The notes below the pieces were generated by a model. That model had not been told where the DNA came from and searched no databases. It saw only the letters and a program-made list of their open reading frames with translations. A stretch of 64,000 nucleotides of DNA, taken from assembly GCA_965224085.1 (NCBI GenBank), contig CBDCYI010000005.1, positions 832,001 to 896,000 of the forward strand, read 5' to 3'. The DNA comes from Candidatus Marinacidobacterales bacterium (GTDB lineage: Bacteria > Acidobacteriota > Vicinamibacteria > Marinacidobacterales > SMYC01). Below, piece after piece: positions 62,432 through 64,000 of the stretch. The stretch's first letter is position 1. Each line of letters opens with the position of its first letter. A program made the translations under genes and the position numbers.

Positions 62432-63049
62432 TCAGAACCGGATGCCGATGCTTACAGAGGCCTCGACGTTATGCACCCGTGCCTCGGGGTTCGTGAGACC
62501 GATGATGTCTCCGATGGTCCCGAGCCCAAAATCGTCGAGCCCGAACGTCGTCACGTGATCGCGCACGTCGAATCGTAGCGCGAGGCGGCTGACGTTGAAC
62601 TTGATGCCCCCACCGAAATTCCATCCGAACCTCGCGTTGCTCAACGACAGGAAGTCCGCTAGATTGATATCGACATAGTGCAAGCCGATCCCGCCCGTGA
62701 CGAATGGGGAGATCGGGCCCGGCAAGACGATGATGAGAACGTTGGCCTCGGTGTAAAGAAGGTTCGCCGCCACTTCCTGATTGAAGGCGCCGACGACGAC
62801 CGCAGACGGGTTGAAGGTCAAGCTCCCCTCGAATCCAATCGGGAAACCATACTTGCCGACGCGAATGCCGTAAATCGGGCTGTTCTGGAACGACGCTCTT
62901 AGGTCAAGATTGGGATCCGTCAGGACGTTGAAGTTTCCGCCGAAGCCCGCGCCGAGAATAAAAGTGAGCTCGTTATGGGCGCGAGCCTCCCGCGGGGCAA
63001 CGCTCGAGCACAATAGAGCAGCGGCACAAACAAAGAACCACTTTTTCAA
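62432..63049 (-). CDS. Outer-membrane beta-barrel (OmpA-like) protein
   Basis: Signal peptide, PFVTGGIG, GWNFGGG, terminal IRF; TTG start after GAGGAGG. Confidence 0.8.
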   Translation of the reverse strand: MKKWFFVCAAALLCSSVAPREARAHNELTFILGAGFGGNFNVLTDPNLDLRASFQNSPIYGIRVGKYGFPIGFEGSLTFNPSAVVVGAFNQEVAANLLYTEANVLIIVLPGPISPFVTGGIGLHYVDINLADFLSLSNARFGWNFGGGIKFNVSRLALRFDVRDHVTTFGLDDFGLGTIGDIIGLTNPEARVHNVEASVSIGIRF

Positions 63050-63138
63050 CGAAGCCTCCTCGTGTCTTAACCGGCGAACGCGCGGACTATAGCCTGAAAC
63101 GACCACGGCCGCTAGCATCGTATTAGAATGTTTGCGAC

Positions 63139-64000
63139 ATGAGACTGTCGGTAGGGCTGTGGATATCCTTCGTCGCGCTCGGTCGCAACTTTTTGCGAAG
63201 CGCGCTTGCCATGGTCGGGCTCATCATCGGCGTCGCGGCGGTGCTTACGATGGTGGCGCTCGGCGCCGGGGCGCGAGAGAGCGTCACCGACGATATGAGC
63301 TCGGCAGGAACGAATCTCGTTTTCATTCGCGCGGGCAACTACACGCGTGGAGGCGACGCGGTCAATATTCGCTCTGGCTACGGCAAAGCCACAACACTCA
63401 CGCTCGAGGACGCCGCAGCACTCGCGGAGCTCGCGAGCGTCGCCTATCTCACACCCGAGGTCGACGACCGAGCATTAATAATATCGACATCCGGCACATC
63501 CGACGAACGCGAGCATTTCGCGCCCCTCGTTGGGTGTGGCCCCGAGCTCGCGAGCGTCTACGAGCTCGAGCTCACCTCGGGGCGGTTTCTGGAAACCCAC
63601 GACTTGAGCGGCGAGGACAACGTCGCCGTGTTGAGCCGCACCGTCAGAGACGGGCTCTTCGAAACGACGGTGGATCCGGTGGGGCGGACGATCACGATTG
63701 GAGGCGAAGCCGCCAAAGTGATAGGAGTCGTGGACACGAGCGATGCCGCGGCACATCTCGACAGCGTGTTCGTGCCGCATCCGTTCTTGCAACGCGCGCT
63801 CGGGATCGAATACTTGCACGGCATCGCGATCGCGGCAGACCAAGCCGGCGACGCTTCGGCGATCGCGGAGGAGGTGCGCGCTCTCTTGCGGGAGCGCCAC
63901 GGCCTCGACGACTCCGAAGCGGCGGAGACGCTCCCGAAAGCCACGGGTGACTTCGCGATGAAGCTCGCGGCCGGTGTCCCCGACGATTTCACCGTGCGCA
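63139..64000 (+). CDS. MacB/FtsX-like ABC transporter permease (runs off the window)
   Basis: Own translation: MRLSVGLWISFVALGRNFLRSALAMVGLIIGVAAVLTMVALGAGA..SAGTNLVFI. Confidence 0.85.
   Translation, partial: MRLSVGLWISFVALGRNFLRSALAMVGLIIGVAAVLTMVALGAGARESVTDDMSSAGTNLVFIRAGNYTRGGDAVNIRSGYGKATTLTLEDAAALAELASVAYLTPEVDDRALIISTSGTSDEREHFAPLVGCGPELASVYELELTSGRFLETHDLSGEDNVAVLSRTVRDGLFETTVDPVGRTITIGGEAAKVIGVVDTSDAAAHLDSVFVPHPFLQRALGIEYLHGIAIAADQAGDASAIAEEVRALLRERHGLDDSEAAETLPKATGDFAMKLAAGVPDDFTVR

Noticed and set aside
1-64000. CRISPR array, tRNA or rRNA genes
   Set aside because: No regularly spaced repeats, cloverleaf patterns or rRNA-like segments seen by eye; not verified by software

Overview
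GC-rich bacterial DNA; the gene content would fit Acidobacteriota, but that is an inference. The left 37 kb is an IS-riddled accessory region. It holds two paralogous giant secreted proteins ending in a gingipain-like C25 module, both now broken, and an operon of HPr-kinase-like protein, PqqD/RRE fused to a twin-arginine-like Cys-rich peptide, and nucleotidyltransferase. All three units have a correctly spaced sigma-54 promoter and the same TGTAGG-N5-C(C/A)CC box 112-119 bp upstream. This suggests one co-regulated surface-protein/peptide maturation system, the best candidate here for something undescribed. Two different IS5/ISNCY-like elements stack at the same TAGCTA target; IS1634 (two), IS1182 and IS110/IS1111 elements are also present. 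The right part carries a TRAP transporter, DUF3604, a ketoacyl synthase, a complete moxR-DUF58-batABCDE cluster followed by a ferredoxin-thioredoxin reductase subunit, and two copies of a ~115-bp structured repeat with compensatory changes. Many genes are fragments joined at abrupt junctions, which could be genome decay or assembly artefact. No rRNA, tRNA or CRISPR array was seen. Family calls are from motif recognition by eye, not database searches.
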